A stretch of 63,985 bases of DNA, the filler included, from Octopus bimaculoides (Eukaryota): assembly GCF_001194135.2 (NCBI RefSeq). It is 7 parts of 6 records of this genome, joined end to end, with 100 filler letters (N's around TTAATTAATTAA, not from the genome) between each part and the next. Parts side by side here need not be neighbours in the genome. Positions count along the whole stretch, not along the records: positions 60,993 to 63,985 come from NC_068993.1; 6 more parts are not named here. One strand, written 5' to 3'. The notes beneath the pieces were generated by a model. That model ran no database searches. It was not told the origin of the DNA and saw only the letters and a program-made list of their open reading frames with translations. Positions 63,461 through 63,985 of this stretch are shown here, one piece after another (position 1 is the stretch's first letter; every line of letters begins with the position of its first letter). The translations under genes and the position numbers were made by a program.

Positions 63461-63985
63461 ATATGAAGCTGTGTATATAAAAAGAATTAAAGGTAATGCC
63501 ATGTCCCTTCGTAATAATCCTTATTTTTATTATTATTGTTGATATATACTCCAGGAAACCTACATGGTAAGGTAATATACTCAGAATTATCCAACGGAAT
63601 ATATCTATAAATTCTTATCACATGAGAATATTATTGGATTTATATATTAACTGTTAAATAACCTATTATGAATACCTAACTGAGAGCAAACCCGTAAACG
63701 TTTAGAGTAATCTCTTACTATTTACATACGCACGCGCACGCGCGCACACACACACACACACATACATACATACATACATACATGGTGGTTGTCTACTCCT
63801 TAAACAGAGTTTGACCACCTCCTGCACCTACACCTTAGCCCTTTCATGGCGTCTGATGTGACTTTTTAAACCAGACAGTGTTTTGAAAAAAACACCCACA
63901 CAGATTGCACCTCTGATTTGCACTACCAATACCTGCAAGTAAGTTCTGCTCATTGTGGATCCTAACATGTCTTTTAAGACCCCCA

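Overview
This is eukaryotic, AT-rich, repeat-dense genomic DNA. The SINE families, RTE tails and microsatellite load point to Octopus or another coleoid cephalopod; this is an inference and no database search was run. No host protein-coding gene, rRNA, true tRNA or CRISPR array is supportable. The window is not one locus: six identical 100-nt spacers (44 N + TTAATTAATTAA + 44 N) join seven separate scaffolds, and there are many ordinary N gaps. Content: decayed non-LTR retrotransposons (R4/Dong-like RLE elements, RTE, CR1), Penelope-like elements (PLE), several tRNA-derived SINE families, Tc1/mariner and Tigger-type remnants and MITEs, a probable Helentron-type non-autonomous element, long fold-back palindromes and very abundant microsatellites. 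Most ORFs in the supplied track are microsatellite or N artefacts. The most notable signal is a set of type-I minimal hammerhead ribozyme motifs from five apparently unrelated repeat families. One is fully canonical (27715-27787). One lies just downstream of a Penelope GIY-YIG remnant (63400-63460). Two families share a CUGA-to-CCGA (U4C) core variant. Also notable: R4/Dong-like elements that repeatedly abut (CATA)n microsatellites, and a zero-spacer tail-to-tail RTE inverted repeat.
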